Shown here: positions 1 to 8,470 of the stretch, piece by piece | Numbering within the stretch: the first letter of the stretch is position 1 | How the letters are laid out: each line of letters starts with the position of its first letter | Source of the DNA: Chitinophagaceae bacterium | GTDB taxonomy: Bacteria > Bacteroidota > Bacteroidia > Chitinophagales > Chitinophagaceae | NCBI GenBank assembly: GCA_046153465.1 | Contig: JBJXDV010000026.1 | Location: 1 to 61,127 of the forward strand | Direction of reading: 5' to 3' | DNA: 61,127 bases | Program-made: the position numbers and the translations under genes | The notes under the pieces: generated by a model | What the model saw: the letters and a program-made list of their open reading frames with translations, nothing else | What the model was told of the DNA's origin: nothing | Databases searched by the model: none

Positions 1-461
1 TTCACCAATTCACTTACCCGCAATCCGCAACTGTACAAGGTTTCAACAATCGCCTTATTTCGCCCGCCCTCTGGCTTACTTAAATCGATCTGGGCAATGA
101 TTTGTTCAATCTCTTCAAAACTTAATATATCGGGCAAACTTCTTTTTAGCTTCGGTGCTTCTAACAATAAGGTGGGGTCCTTTTTTGTGATCCCTTCCAT
201 TAAACAATACTTATAAAAGGAACGTATACCCGAAATAATGCGTGCCTGGGAAGAAGCTGTCATTCCCAATTCAGCTACCTGTTTAATAAATTGCTGAAGG
301 TTGGTTAGTTCCAGTTCGGTTGGAGATTTTAGTGAATGCTCGTGTTGTAAAAAATCAGTTAATTTATCAATATCGCGCAAATAGGCTTCTACCGAATTAT
401 CGGAAAGTGATTTTTCTAATTGCAACCAGGCCTTAAATCCTTTTTTATGAGAATCCCACAT
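1..461 (-). CDS. xerD: Site-specific tyrosine recombinase XerD, N-terminal part (runs off the window start)
   Basis: Manual translation from the ATG at 461 gives MWDSHKKGFKAWLQLEKSLSDNSVEAYLRDIDKL...SSQARIISGIRSFYKYC...LEAPKLKRSLPDIL...RNKAIVETLYSCGLRVSEL. This has the XerD SAM-like domain and the first catalytic Arg motif. Not in the ORF track because it is partial. Confidence 0.92.
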   Translation of the reverse strand, partial: MWDSHKKGFKAWLQLEKSLSDNSVEAYLRDIDKLTDFLQHEHSLKSPTELELTNLQQFIKQVAELGMTASSQARIISGIRSFYKYCLMEGITKKDPTLLLEAPKLKRSLPDILSFEEIEQIIAQIDLSKPEGGRNKAIVETLYSCGLRVSELV

Positions 462-612
462 GAACAATGTTATTGAGTGGAAAGTTAATTAAATAAATAC
501 AGTTTGAAAGCATCGCCGCAGCACAAAACAAAGTCAATAATACAATGAACCATTTATATCAAACTCATTTAAACAATTTAATTCCATTTTTTTTGGCATA
601 TTTGCAATGAAT

Positions 613-668
613 ATGGTTGGTGAGGAAAATGGTTGGTGAAGAAAATGGTTGGTGAAGACACCAACCAT
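613..668. repeat. REP-like palindrome with tandemly amplified left arm
   Basis: ATGGTTGGTGA(G/A)GA starts at 613, 629 and 645 (16-bp period). The third copy forms a perfect hairpin ATGGTTGGTG-AAGA-CACCAACCAT (645-668). Confidence 0.75.
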
Positions 669-710
669 GATGAAAAAAGGTGAGCGAAAACTTTCTTTTA
701 ATAAAAAAAC

Positions 711-1229
711 ATGCAGATTAATCTTCGAACGTTTAGGCTAAAGGCAACAAAAAATAAATCTCGACTCAAGCGGTTTCTAACAAAACTCAAAAAAAATCCA
801 CCCCGCGGGCTTGATGCACTTGCTACCCGAACAGATAAAGAAGTATGGAAAGAAATCGACTGCCTGAGTTGTGGCAATTGTTGCAAAACCATGTCACCCA
901 CTTATACTAAAACAGATATAAGACGTATTGCCGGTCATTTAGAAATGAGTGTAGCTGCATTCACAAAAAAATGGTTGCGAAAAGACAGCGCGGGAGACTG
1001 GCTCAATAAAACAGAGCCCTGCCAATTCCTGAACCTCAAAAATAATTATTGCTCTATTTATGAGGTTCGGCCAGCCGATTGCGCAGGCTTCCCTCATCAT
1101 AACAAAAGGCATATGAGTGAATACATGCATGTATTTAAACAAAATATCGAATACTGCCCAGCCACCAATAGGTTGGTAGAGATAATGTTGGAAAGCACAC
1201 AAAATGAAGAATTAAAAATGAAAAGTTAA
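711..1229 (+). CDS. YkgJ-family cysteine-cluster (putative Fe-S/Zn) protein
   Basis: CLSCGNCC, PCQFL, CSIYEVRPADCAGFP and YCP motifs. Confidence 0.85.
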   Translation: MQINLRTFRLKATKNKSRLKRFLTKLKKNPPRGLDALATRTDKEVWKEIDCLSCGNCCKTMSPTYTKTDIRRIAGHLEMSVAAFTKKWLRKDSAGDWLNKTEPCQFLNLKNNYCSIYEVRPADCAGFPHHNKRHMSEYMHVFKQNIEYCPATNRLVEIMLESTQNEELKMKS

Positions 1230-1249
1230 TCTTCGCGAGCGTTTTAGAT

Positions 1250-2977
1250 TTAAACTAACGCCTTTACTTTTTTCGAGGGTATTAGCCATTGAACTAACCA
1301 TGAAAAGAAAAGTACACCCGCCGCTCCAATAACATTCAGCCATAAAAACGAAATGATATTGGCGAAGAAGACAACTAAGACAATGAGTTCGGATAATAAT
1401 GCACCAACAAACACAGCATTCCCTTTGATTCTTTTCAAATAAAAAGCAACCAGGAATACTCCTAATATCGTTCCATAAAACAATGAACCCAATATATTCA
1501 CTGCCTCCACTAAACTGTTCCCAAGGTTATAGGCAAACTGTGCGATAACAACACAAAAAATACCCCATCCAATGGTATACCATTTCGACCACTTGTATTC
1601 TTCCTCCTGAGTTAATTTTTTTGTAGAAAATTTATTGTGAAAATCAATCATGGTACAGGAAGCCAGGGAATTGAGTGCGGCTGCAATACTTCCCCATGCA
1701 GCTAAAAAAATAATTGCAATAATCAATCCTATCAAGCCCTTGGGCAAGAAGTCGCCTACAAAACGCAGGAATATATAGTTTGTATCATTTCCATCGGAAC
1801 CGGGATTTGCCTTTTTTACAAAGCTCTTTACAGACTGTCTTATTTCCTGGCTTTGCTGTTGTTGAAGTTGTAATTGATTTTGCAGCAACTCAATTTTATT
1901 GTTATCTGTTGATTTAAGAGCCGCGGCTAATTTTACTACCGTATTTTTTTTTGCTTCCTGCAACACATCGTATTGGGAAACCGCATTATCGTACGCTCCT
2001 GCATAAACGCTTTTTTTGACGACTTGCTCCTGTGCAAGATCAAAATAGGCTGGTGCTCTATAAAACTGGTAAAATGAAAAAACGAAAACGCCCACCAACA
2101 AAATAAAAAATTGCAAGGGCACTTTTACTAACCCATTAATCAATAATCCCATTTTACTTTCCCTTACATTCTTGGCAGTAAGATACCTTCCTACCTGGCT
2201 TTGATCGGTTCCAAAATAACTAAGCGATAAAAACAAGCCACCGATAATACCGCTAAAGATATTGTACTTGTCTTTCCAATCGAAAGACCCATTATTGACG
2301 CCACTGGTAATTACATTCAGCTTCCCCGATTTTCCACTGATTTGTAATGCATCCATTACTCCCACCCCTTCTGGCAACATATCTACCGCATACCAACAGG
2401 CAGCAAACATGGCGGCATAAATAATAATAAACTGAAGTTGCTGCGTGTAGGCTACCGCTTTAGCACCACCAGCAGTTGTATAAATAATTAATAAGCCGCC
2501 CATAGCAATATTGGTAATATAGAAATTCCAGCCTAATAAACTATGCAACACAATGGAAGGGGCAATTACGCTAATACCTGTTGATAATCCCCTTGACAAT
2601 AAAAATAGAAAGGAAGTGAGTGTTCTTGTTTTAAGATCAAAGCGCTGCTCGAGATATTCATAAGCAGTAAACACTTTTAATCGATGAAAAATGGGGACCA
2701 ATGTTACACAAAGGATCACCATTGCAATGGGTAGTCCAAAATAATATTGAACAAATCGCATTCCATCTGTATACGCTTGTCCGGGTACGGTTAAAAAAGT
2801 TACGGCACTTGCCTGCGTGCCCATGATGCTTACCAGAATTATCCACCAGGGCATTTGCCTATTGCCCAAGAAATAACCTTCCAGGTTACGGGATGTCCGG
2901 ATTTTATAAATTCCATAGGCGATAATCAACAACAAGGTTGCTATCAATACCGTCCAATCCAAGCCGGAAAATCTCAT
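1250..2977 (-). CDS. Sodium:solute symporter (SSS family)
   Basis: Many TM helices; YFLGNRQMPWW, TAYEYLEQRFD, GTDQSQVGRYL and ALNSLAS motifs. Confidence 0.93.
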   Translation of the reverse strand: MRFSGLDWTVLIATLLLIIAYGIYKIRTSRNLEGYFLGNRQMPWWIILVSIMGTQASAVTFLTVPGQAYTDGMRFVQYYFGLPIAMVILCVTLVPIFHRLKVFTAYEYLEQRFDLKTRTLTSFLFLLSRGLSTGISVIAPSIVLHSLLGWNFYITNIAMGGLLIIYTTAGGAKAVAYTQQLQFIIIYAAMFAACWYAVDMLPEGVGVMDALQISGKSGKLNVITSGVNNGSFDWKDKYNIFSGIIGGLFLSLSYFGTDQSQVGRYLTAKNVRESKMGLLINGLVKVPLQFFILLVGVFVFSFYQFYRAPAYFDLAQEQVVKKSVYAGAYDNAVSQYDVLQEAKKNTVVKLAAALKSTDNNKIELLQNQLQLQQQQSQEIRQSVKSFVKKANPGSDGNDTNYIFLRFVGDFLPKGLIGLIIAIIFLAAWGSIAAALNSLASCTMIDFHNKFSTKKLTQEEEYKWSKWYTIGWGIFCVVIAQFAYNLGNSLVEAVNILGSLFYGTILGVFLVAFYLKRIKGNAVFVGALLSELIVLVVFFANIISFLWLNVIGAAGVLFFSWLVQWLIPSKKVKALV

Positions 2978-3105
2978 GAAAAATGTTTAGTGACAAGGTA
3001 AAAAACTACGATCAATACCATCAGAAATAGAATAACCATCAGGTACCAGCCTTTCCAGTTTTTAAACAATGGCGGTTTTTCCTGATCGTTATTACTTGAC
3101 TTCAT
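2974..3105 (-). CDS. 43-aa single-TM membrane microprotein, probable SSS accessory subunit
   Basis: Manual translation: MKSSNNDQEKPPLFKNWKGWYLMVILFLMVLIVVFYLVTKHFS*. Its stop overlaps the SSS start (ATGA). Confidence 0.8.
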   Translation of the reverse strand: MKSSNNDQEKPPLFKNWKGWYLMVILFLMVLIVVFYLVTKHFS

Positions 3106-3266
3106 TTCCTTTTTTTTGCCGTTACAATCATTACATATATTAAACTGAACAATACTCCAATCAGCAAACCCAGGGAGAATTTTTTAATCAACTTGCCAAT
3201 AATAACTCCTGAAAATACCGCGATGGCAAATGCAACTCTTGGATTAACTTTTGAACGTTCGCTCAT
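3102..3266 (-). CDS. 54-aa hydrophobic membrane microprotein (probably 2 TM)
   Basis: Manual translation: MSERSKVNPRVAFAIAVFSGVIIGKLIKKFSLGLLIGVLFSLIYVMIVTAKKRK*. It starts 2 nt after the PIG-L stop and has an ATGA overlap with the next microprotein. Confidence 0.72.
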   Translation of the reverse strand: MSERSKVNPRVAFAIAVFSGVIIGKLIKKFSLGLLIGVLFSLIYVMIVTAKKRK

Positions 3267-3268
3267 TC

Positions 3269-5773
3269 TTAAAATGCTTTCTTTCGGTTTAATGCAATAA
3301 TATTTGCGAGCAGGCGGTATGCTCCGGGAATGCCAGCAGGAAGTTCCCTGAAAAACACCAGTCCGGTATATACAAATTTCCCTTTCCCATAACTGGCAAT
3401 CACCAGGCTACCTTCCTGGTCTTTCTCACCCGGATCAGCCATCGAAAGTGGTTTTTCATAAGCGCTATCGAGTTGTTCAGCATTATAAATACTCCGCTCC
3501 TGTAACCATCCCTCAAAATCGGAAGCAATAATTTTATTGGGATAATTCAGTACCGGGTGCTCTGGCAGCAGGATATTTACTTTCGCCCTCTCATCGGTTA
3601 CCCTGCTACGTGATATTGTTAATGGATAGGGGCCAATTTTAGCTTTCACATTACTGATAAAATTATTGGTACTATACTGTGCAATCAGGTTACCACCCTC
3701 TTTCACATAATTCATCAAAACTTCATACTTAGCCGCCATAAAATCATTCACGTTGTACGCCCGTACACCGGTAATGATCGCATCAAATTGTTTTAGATAC
3801 GATGGAACAATATCTTTTTCCTTTAAAACCATTACTTCATATCCCATTTGCTGCAACGCAATCATCACTTTATCTCCCGCCCCTTCAATATATCCAATCT
3901 TCTTACCTACTGTTTTAAGGTCCATATTCAAAATCTTTATCGCATCCTGATACATATAATGAATATGCGGAATATGGTCGTACTTAATGCTTGTTATATT
4001 CAAATATGCCGGGTATTCTTCCTTCCCCTTTCTCAATTCTGTAAAAGCCTGTACATAATCCTGGTCTGATTCTTTTAATAATTTGTTATTGATACTGAAT
4101 AAATAATCTTTCGTCAATCCCCTGGTAAGTGTAAAAGGGCTATCTACCTGTAAACTATTTTCTGTTCGCATACGTTTTGAAACTTTAATTGCGTATTCAC
4201 TAAAATTCCGGTGAGCCGTTACTTTTAAAAGTACTGTCGCCTTTTGATCTTCATTCTTACGAAAAATTACAACGCCTGGTTCCGTGGAGATAGCTACTGG
4301 TGGTACAACTACTAATGGCTGGTACAATTCTCCCCTAACCGGGTCGGTATACTTATATTGAGCGGGTTTGGTAAACCGAAAAAGCTGTCCCTCAATTACA
4401 AGATCAAAATCTACAAGAATGGAAGCATTATTCTGCGGCATTCCAATTAAAGTTTGCTCATTCACGTTGAATGAACCTTCACTCATTTTCTGCTCAAGCC
4501 AATAAGGCTGGGATATTTTCTTTCCCATTGAAACAACCAGCGGCTTTGTAAAAAAATAGTTTTTATTAAGTTCCAATAGCTGGTTCATCGTGCTATCAAA
4601 CCCATCGGTCATTATTTTTACCATACTCATCGTAACTCCACTCCGGTTATTCACAGAAACCGACAACCGAATAGAATCTCCCTGTACAGCGTACTCATTA
4701 TTAGCGGTGGCTTCAAGCCAGAGTCCGCTACACTGTTCAATGATGCGTTGGGTTTCTTCCAATTTTTTATTCTTCCAAAAACCATCCGGTAGTTGTTGAA
4801 TTTTTTTATACAGTGATACAAGTGAAGGAACTGATAAACCGGGTTTTGACAGAGAATAATTGCGAATAATATTATCAATGATAACTGGTAATTCCTCAGC
4901 GCCGGGTAATTTTGACCATGTGGTAACTACATCGTCCATGATATCCGTCTTTGCAACTGAACCATCTACCGGTGTAAAGTATTCGAATTGCGCACCCCTG
5001 CTTGCGGGAACACCAAATCCCTGGCTTTTATGCTGGCTACGGCTTTCGGCGGCTAATTCACCATAACTTTTTCCAAGTATTGCATTGTAGGCCCCTACAT
5101 CAATTTTTAATTGACTTTCATTAGTTGTATTTGTGTTGCCAAAATTAAACGTGTTCCAAACTATTCTTACCGGCTGCCAGGGTTTAACGCCAAATTTCAG
5201 TTGTTCCGGAAAGCGACTCGGATCTGCCGCTGCCTTAAATGCCTCACGGGCTAGTACAGCTGATCCTGAATGGTGCCCGTGACCTGCTCTTCCATCTTCC
5301 GGGAAACGGGCAATCACTACATCCGGTTGAAATTTTCTGATGATCCAAACCACATCGCTTAGTATTTTTTCTTTGTCCCATTTTTCAAATGCTTCACTGG
5401 TTGTTTTACTGAATCCAAAATCATAGGCTCTCGTAAAAAATTGTTCGGCCCCATCAATCCGACGTGCCGAAAGCAATTCCTGTGTTCGAATCAAACCCAG
5501 ATCTATCCCTTGTTCATCACCGATCAAATTTTGCCCCCCATCACCTCTTGTAATAGAAAGATAACCGGTACGGTACAATCTCTCTTTGGAGAGCCAGGCT
5601 AATAAGCGTGTGTTTTCATCATCGGGGTGTGCCGCAATGTATAAAACCGAACCTAAAACATTCAACTTTTTTAACTGAAGATAAATATCAGCGGATGTAT
5701 TAACGGGAGGTGTTTGTGATTGAACTGTTTGAACTAAAATAACAAGTAATACCAGCTCTACAAGTCTTTTCAT
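3269..5773 (-). CDS. Exported PIG-L/LmbE-family deacetylase with C-terminal class I GATase-like domain
   Basis: AHPDDE and HGHH metal motifs, RAYDFGFSK. Signal peptide MKRLVELVLLVILVQTVQSQ favours the start at 5773 over 5860. Confidence 0.9.
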   Translation of the reverse strand: MKRLVELVLLVILVQTVQSQTPPVNTSADIYLQLKKLNVLGSVLYIAAHPDDENTRLLAWLSKERLYRTGYLSITRGDGGQNLIGDEQGIDLGLIRTQELLSARRIDGAEQFFTRAYDFGFSKTTSEAFEKWDKEKILSDVVWIIRKFQPDVVIARFPEDGRAGHGHHSGSAVLAREAFKAAADPSRFPEQLKFGVKPWQPVRIVWNTFNFGNTNTTNESQLKIDVGAYNAILGKSYGELAAESRSQHKSQGFGVPASRGAQFEYFTPVDGSVAKTDIMDDVVTTWSKLPGAEELPVIIDNIIRNYSLSKPGLSVPSLVSLYKKIQQLPDGFWKNKKLEETQRIIEQCSGLWLEATANNEYAVQGDSIRLSVSVNNRSGVTMSMVKIMTDGFDSTMNQLLELNKNYFFTKPLVVSMGKKISQPYWLEQKMSEGSFNVNEQTLIGMPQNNASILVDFDLVIEGQLFRFTKPAQYKYTDPVRGELYQPLVVVPPVAISTEPGVVIFRKNEDQKATVLLKVTAHRNFSEYAIKVSKRMRTENSLQVDSPFTLTRGLTKDYLFSINNKLLKESDQDYVQAFTELRKGKEEYPAYLNITSIKYDHIPHIHYMYQDAIKILNMDLKTVGKKIGYIEGAGDKVMIALQQMGYEVMVLKEKDIVPSYLKQFDAIITGVRAYNVNDFMAAKYEVLMNYVKEGGNLIAQYSTNNFISNVKAKIGPYPLTISRSRVTDERAKVNILLPEHPVLNYPNKIIASDFEGWLQERSIYNAEQLDSAYEKPLSMADPGEKDQEGSLVIASYGKGKFVYTGLVFFRELPAGIPGAYRLLANIIALNRKKAF

Positions 5774-5811
5774 GAATACAAGTTTAATGCATTGAGATAA
5801 AGATAATATTC

Positions 5812-6435
5812 CTATTTCGTGCTCTTTTTGAATTGATAGGGTCCTTTTACAGAACCCCAAACCTGCAGGTTATCAGCATTCCATCCCCGATCCCAGGAAT
5901 GAATATTCATTTTATCGATAAGTACCTCGCTGGTGGCATAACTGGCACCACGCAGCGAACTCTGACAATCCTTGCCTTCAGTGGATCCGGTAAATTTACC
6001 TTGACTGTTTTTTCGGAGATAAACCTCACAACCAGCCCGGCTACTAAGCACGAAGAATTTTATAGAATCAAATCGCTTGGGTTCATTCCAATAGCCAATG
6101 AATCTGGCAGGATCCTTAAATTCGAATACCTGGCTCACGAGGATCGAATCATCCTGAAGATATAAATGGTACATGCGCTGGCGATAAGGTTTATCGGGTG
6201 TTTCTGTAGCTGCCTGTTCTACATACAACCAATAACCATCGTTTCGCTGGGGCCAAACCTGTTTCATATGTAAAGAAATAGATAAAAATGCAGTATCCAT
6301 TTTTGATTGTTGAGCAGTACTAAAGTTTCCCTGCATAAATGTTTTTAACTGCAATAAATCTTTTTTTCCCAATTTCTGGGAAAAAAGACTATAGCCAGTT
6401 GCCAGGAGGCTTATAATAATTAACAGCTTTTTCAT
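5812..6435 (-). CDS. CpcT/CpeT-family chromophore-lyase-like protein with signal peptide
   Basis: WLYVEQA...KPYRQRMY, GCEVYL, CQSSLRGASYATSEV and SWDRGW...QVWGS..GPYQF motifs. Start taken at MKKLLII. Confidence 0.85.
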   Translation of the reverse strand: MKKLLIIISLLATGYSLFSQKLGKKDLLQLKTFMQGNFSTAQQSKMDTAFLSISLHMKQVWPQRNDGYWLYVEQAATETPDKPYRQRMYHLYLQDDSILVSQVFEFKDPARFIGYWNEPKRFDSIKFFVLSSRAGCEVYLRKNSQGKFTGSTEGKDCQSSLRGASYATSEVLIDKMNIHSWDRGWNADNLQVWGSVKGPYQFKKSTK

Positions 6436-6643
6436 TGCACAATATTCGTAAAAATAAATAATAGCAACCAATATAATCAAAACCCCGGCGCATTTGAAGA
6501 TAATGCAGTTAGCTTACCCTATAATATGAGTGAATGTAAGCAACGACTCTAAACTAAAAAAGCATTTAAAAACGGATATGGATGAATCGCCATGAGGCAG
6601 AATAAATCACTAGCATTGTTTTCCATTCATTACAAGTTTCAAA

Positions 6644-6651
6644 TACATTTG
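6644..6651 (+). promoter_or_regulatory. Bacteroidota -7 promoter box (TACATTTG)
   Basis: Exact TAnnTTTG match about 60 nt upstream of the ATG at 6713. Confidence 0.55.
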
Positions 6652-6712
6652 CCCCTTCTTCAACGATCATCCGTTTTCAGTCTTATTTTTTTTAGTTCAT
6701 TATCTTTATCGC

Positions 6713-7474
6713 ATGAAGTATTTTCTGATTTTATATTTAGTACTCATACGTTTTATCGGTTTTGCCCAGGCTGATAATGAAATACAGGTATATTCTTCGC
6801 CAACGATTCAAAATAAATGGACCATTTTTGAATTGCATAGCAATTATACATTCGAGGGAAGCAGGCAATTAAGTGATCAGAAGCTTGCTAACTGGACGAA
6901 CGAAACACTGGAAATAACACATGGCTTTGGGAAAAACTTTGAAATTGGTTTTTACACTTTTTCTGGTTTTGCTCCGAAAAAAGGTGGATATCAATATCTC
7001 GGCAATCAAATCAGGCCAAGGATAACGGTGCCGCTTGAATGGAAATGGAAAGTTGGTGCCAGTCTTTCCGCAGAATTTGGATTTTTCAGACCCGATGATA
7101 CTTCCCGTTTTGTATGGCAGGGAGAATTAAGACCGATCATTGATAAAACAATCGACAACTGGTATTTTACATTCAATCCAAATATTGAATTTGTACTATC
7201 TGGTGATGAAAAACAATTGGTTCTTGCGCCCCAGTTTAAAACCGTTTATACTATTCAACAAAAATGGGGAATCGGTATTGAGTATTATAGTTCGTTAGGA
7301 ACCATACAAAAAATACTTCCATCAAAGCAACAGGAACATTTGCTTGGACCAATGATTGATCTTTATGTACACCCTATGTGGGAAGTTAACGGTGGATTTC
7401 TGTTTGGTCTTACTAACAATTCGAATCAACGGGTTCTGAAATTGTTGCTTGGGAGAAGATCAGGAAAAAAATGA
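6713..7474 (+). CDS. Hypothetical exported protein, probable outer-membrane beta-barrel
   Basis: Signal peptide followed by alternating aromatic/hydrophobic beta-strand patterns (EIGFYTF, WYFTFNP, GIGIEYY). Confidence 0.65.
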   Translation: MKYFLILYLVLIRFIGFAQADNEIQVYSSPTIQNKWTIFELHSNYTFEGSRQLSDQKLANWTNETLEITHGFGKNFEIGFYTFSGFAPKKGGYQYLGNQIRPRITVPLEWKWKVGASLSAEFGFFRPDDTSRFVWQGELRPIIDKTIDNWYFTFNPNIEFVLSGDEKQLVLAPQFKTVYTIQQKWGIGIEYYSSLGTIQKILPSKQQEHLLGPMIDLYVHPMWEVNGGFLFGLTNNSNQRVLKLLLGRRSGKK

Positions 7475-7548
7475 CAGTTTCAATATATCGTCTACCATTA
7501 ATTACTTCTATTTTCAACTTTCCTTTACAAATCTTATTTTTGAATGCA

Positions 7549-8379
7549 ATGGCATTATTTATCACGTCTCTTAACTCAGGTAGTAATGGAAACTGTTACT
7601 ATATTGGTAATTCAACAGAATCCGTATTGATTGATGCAGGTATGTCGTGCCGGGAAACAGAAAAAAGAATGAACCGGTTGGGACTTTCGCTTTCCACAGT
7701 AAAAGCGTTATTTATTTCGCACGAACATTCAGATCACATCACCGGCATACCGTCTTTATCAAAAAAATACAGGATACCGGTTTATATCACCGAAGGAACA
7801 TTGAAAAATATTTCGGTTCCTATTCCGCCCGATCTTGTACAACGAATAAAAGCATCTGAAAAAATTACTATTGGTAAACTGGAGGTTACTCCTTTTGCAA
7901 AACACCACGATGCGGCAGAGCCGGTAAGTTTTGTAGTGTCGGATAACAATACTCATGTAGGAATTTTTACTGATATCGGCTCCAGTTCTAAAGAATTGAC
8001 TCAACATTTTAGTTATTGCCATGCAGTTTTCCTCGAGAGCAATTATTGTGAAGAGATGTTGGAAAATGGCAGTTACCCTCAACATCTTAAAAATAGAATA
8101 AGAGGCAAAAAAGGGCACCTTTCGAATGATCAGGCATTAGAGTTATTCACGAAACACAGGGGAAAACAGTTAAGTCATTTAATATTATCTCATCTCTCGC
8201 AAAATAATAATTCAATGGAAAAAGTGAGGCAGGTATTTACGCCCCATGCAGCTAAAACAGAAATTATTGTTGCTTCCCGATACAAGGAAACACCGGTTTT
8301 CTGTATTGAACCGAATAAAATTGCAGGTACAATACGTAGAAAAAGGGTCGCGAATCAAAATCAGCTTTCCTTATTTTAA
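7549..8379 (+). CDS. MBL-fold metallo-hydrolase (YycJ/WalJ-like)
   Basis: SGSNGN, SHEHSDH, LESNY, GHLSN and HLSQNNN motifs. Start moved to MALF, just after a TATTTTTG box at 7535-7542. Confidence 0.9.
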   Translation: MALFITSLNSGSNGNCYYIGNSTESVLIDAGMSCRETEKRMNRLGLSLSTVKALFISHEHSDHITGIPSLSKKYRIPVYITEGTLKNISVPIPPDLVQRIKASEKITIGKLEVTPFAKHHDAAEPVSFVVSDNNTHVGIFTDIGSSSKELTQHFSYCHAVFLESNYCEEMLENGSYPQHLKNRIRGKKGHLSNDQALELFTKHRGKQLSHLILSHLSQNNNSMEKVRQVFTPHAAKTEIIVASRYKETPVFCIEPNKIAGTIRRKRVANQNQLSLF

Positions 8380-8416
8380 ACAACACCGCACAGATATTTT
8401 TTGACTATTTAAAGGC

Positions 8417-8448
8417 AAAAAAATAGAGCAGCTAAATGCTGCTCTATT
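8417..8448 (-). terminator. Intrinsic terminator between convergent genes
   Basis: Stem AATAGAGCAGC/GCTGCTCTATT with an A-run on the left, giving a U-tail on the minus strand. Confidence 0.8.
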
Positions 8449-8470
8449 GCGTTATTTCTTGTATCAACTA

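Noticed and set aside
1-461. Tyrosine recombinase as a phage or island integrase
   Set aside because: The sequence reads as chromosomal XerD, and there are no att-like repeats, tRNA or mobile genes beside it.
613-668. CRISPR array
   Set aside because: The repeats have a 16-bp period with no unique spacers, and there are no cas genes in the window.
5812-6435. Evidence of phototrophy or cyanobacterial origin of the contig
   Set aside because: All surrounding genes and promoter motifs are Bacteroidota-type, and there are no phycobiliprotein genes.
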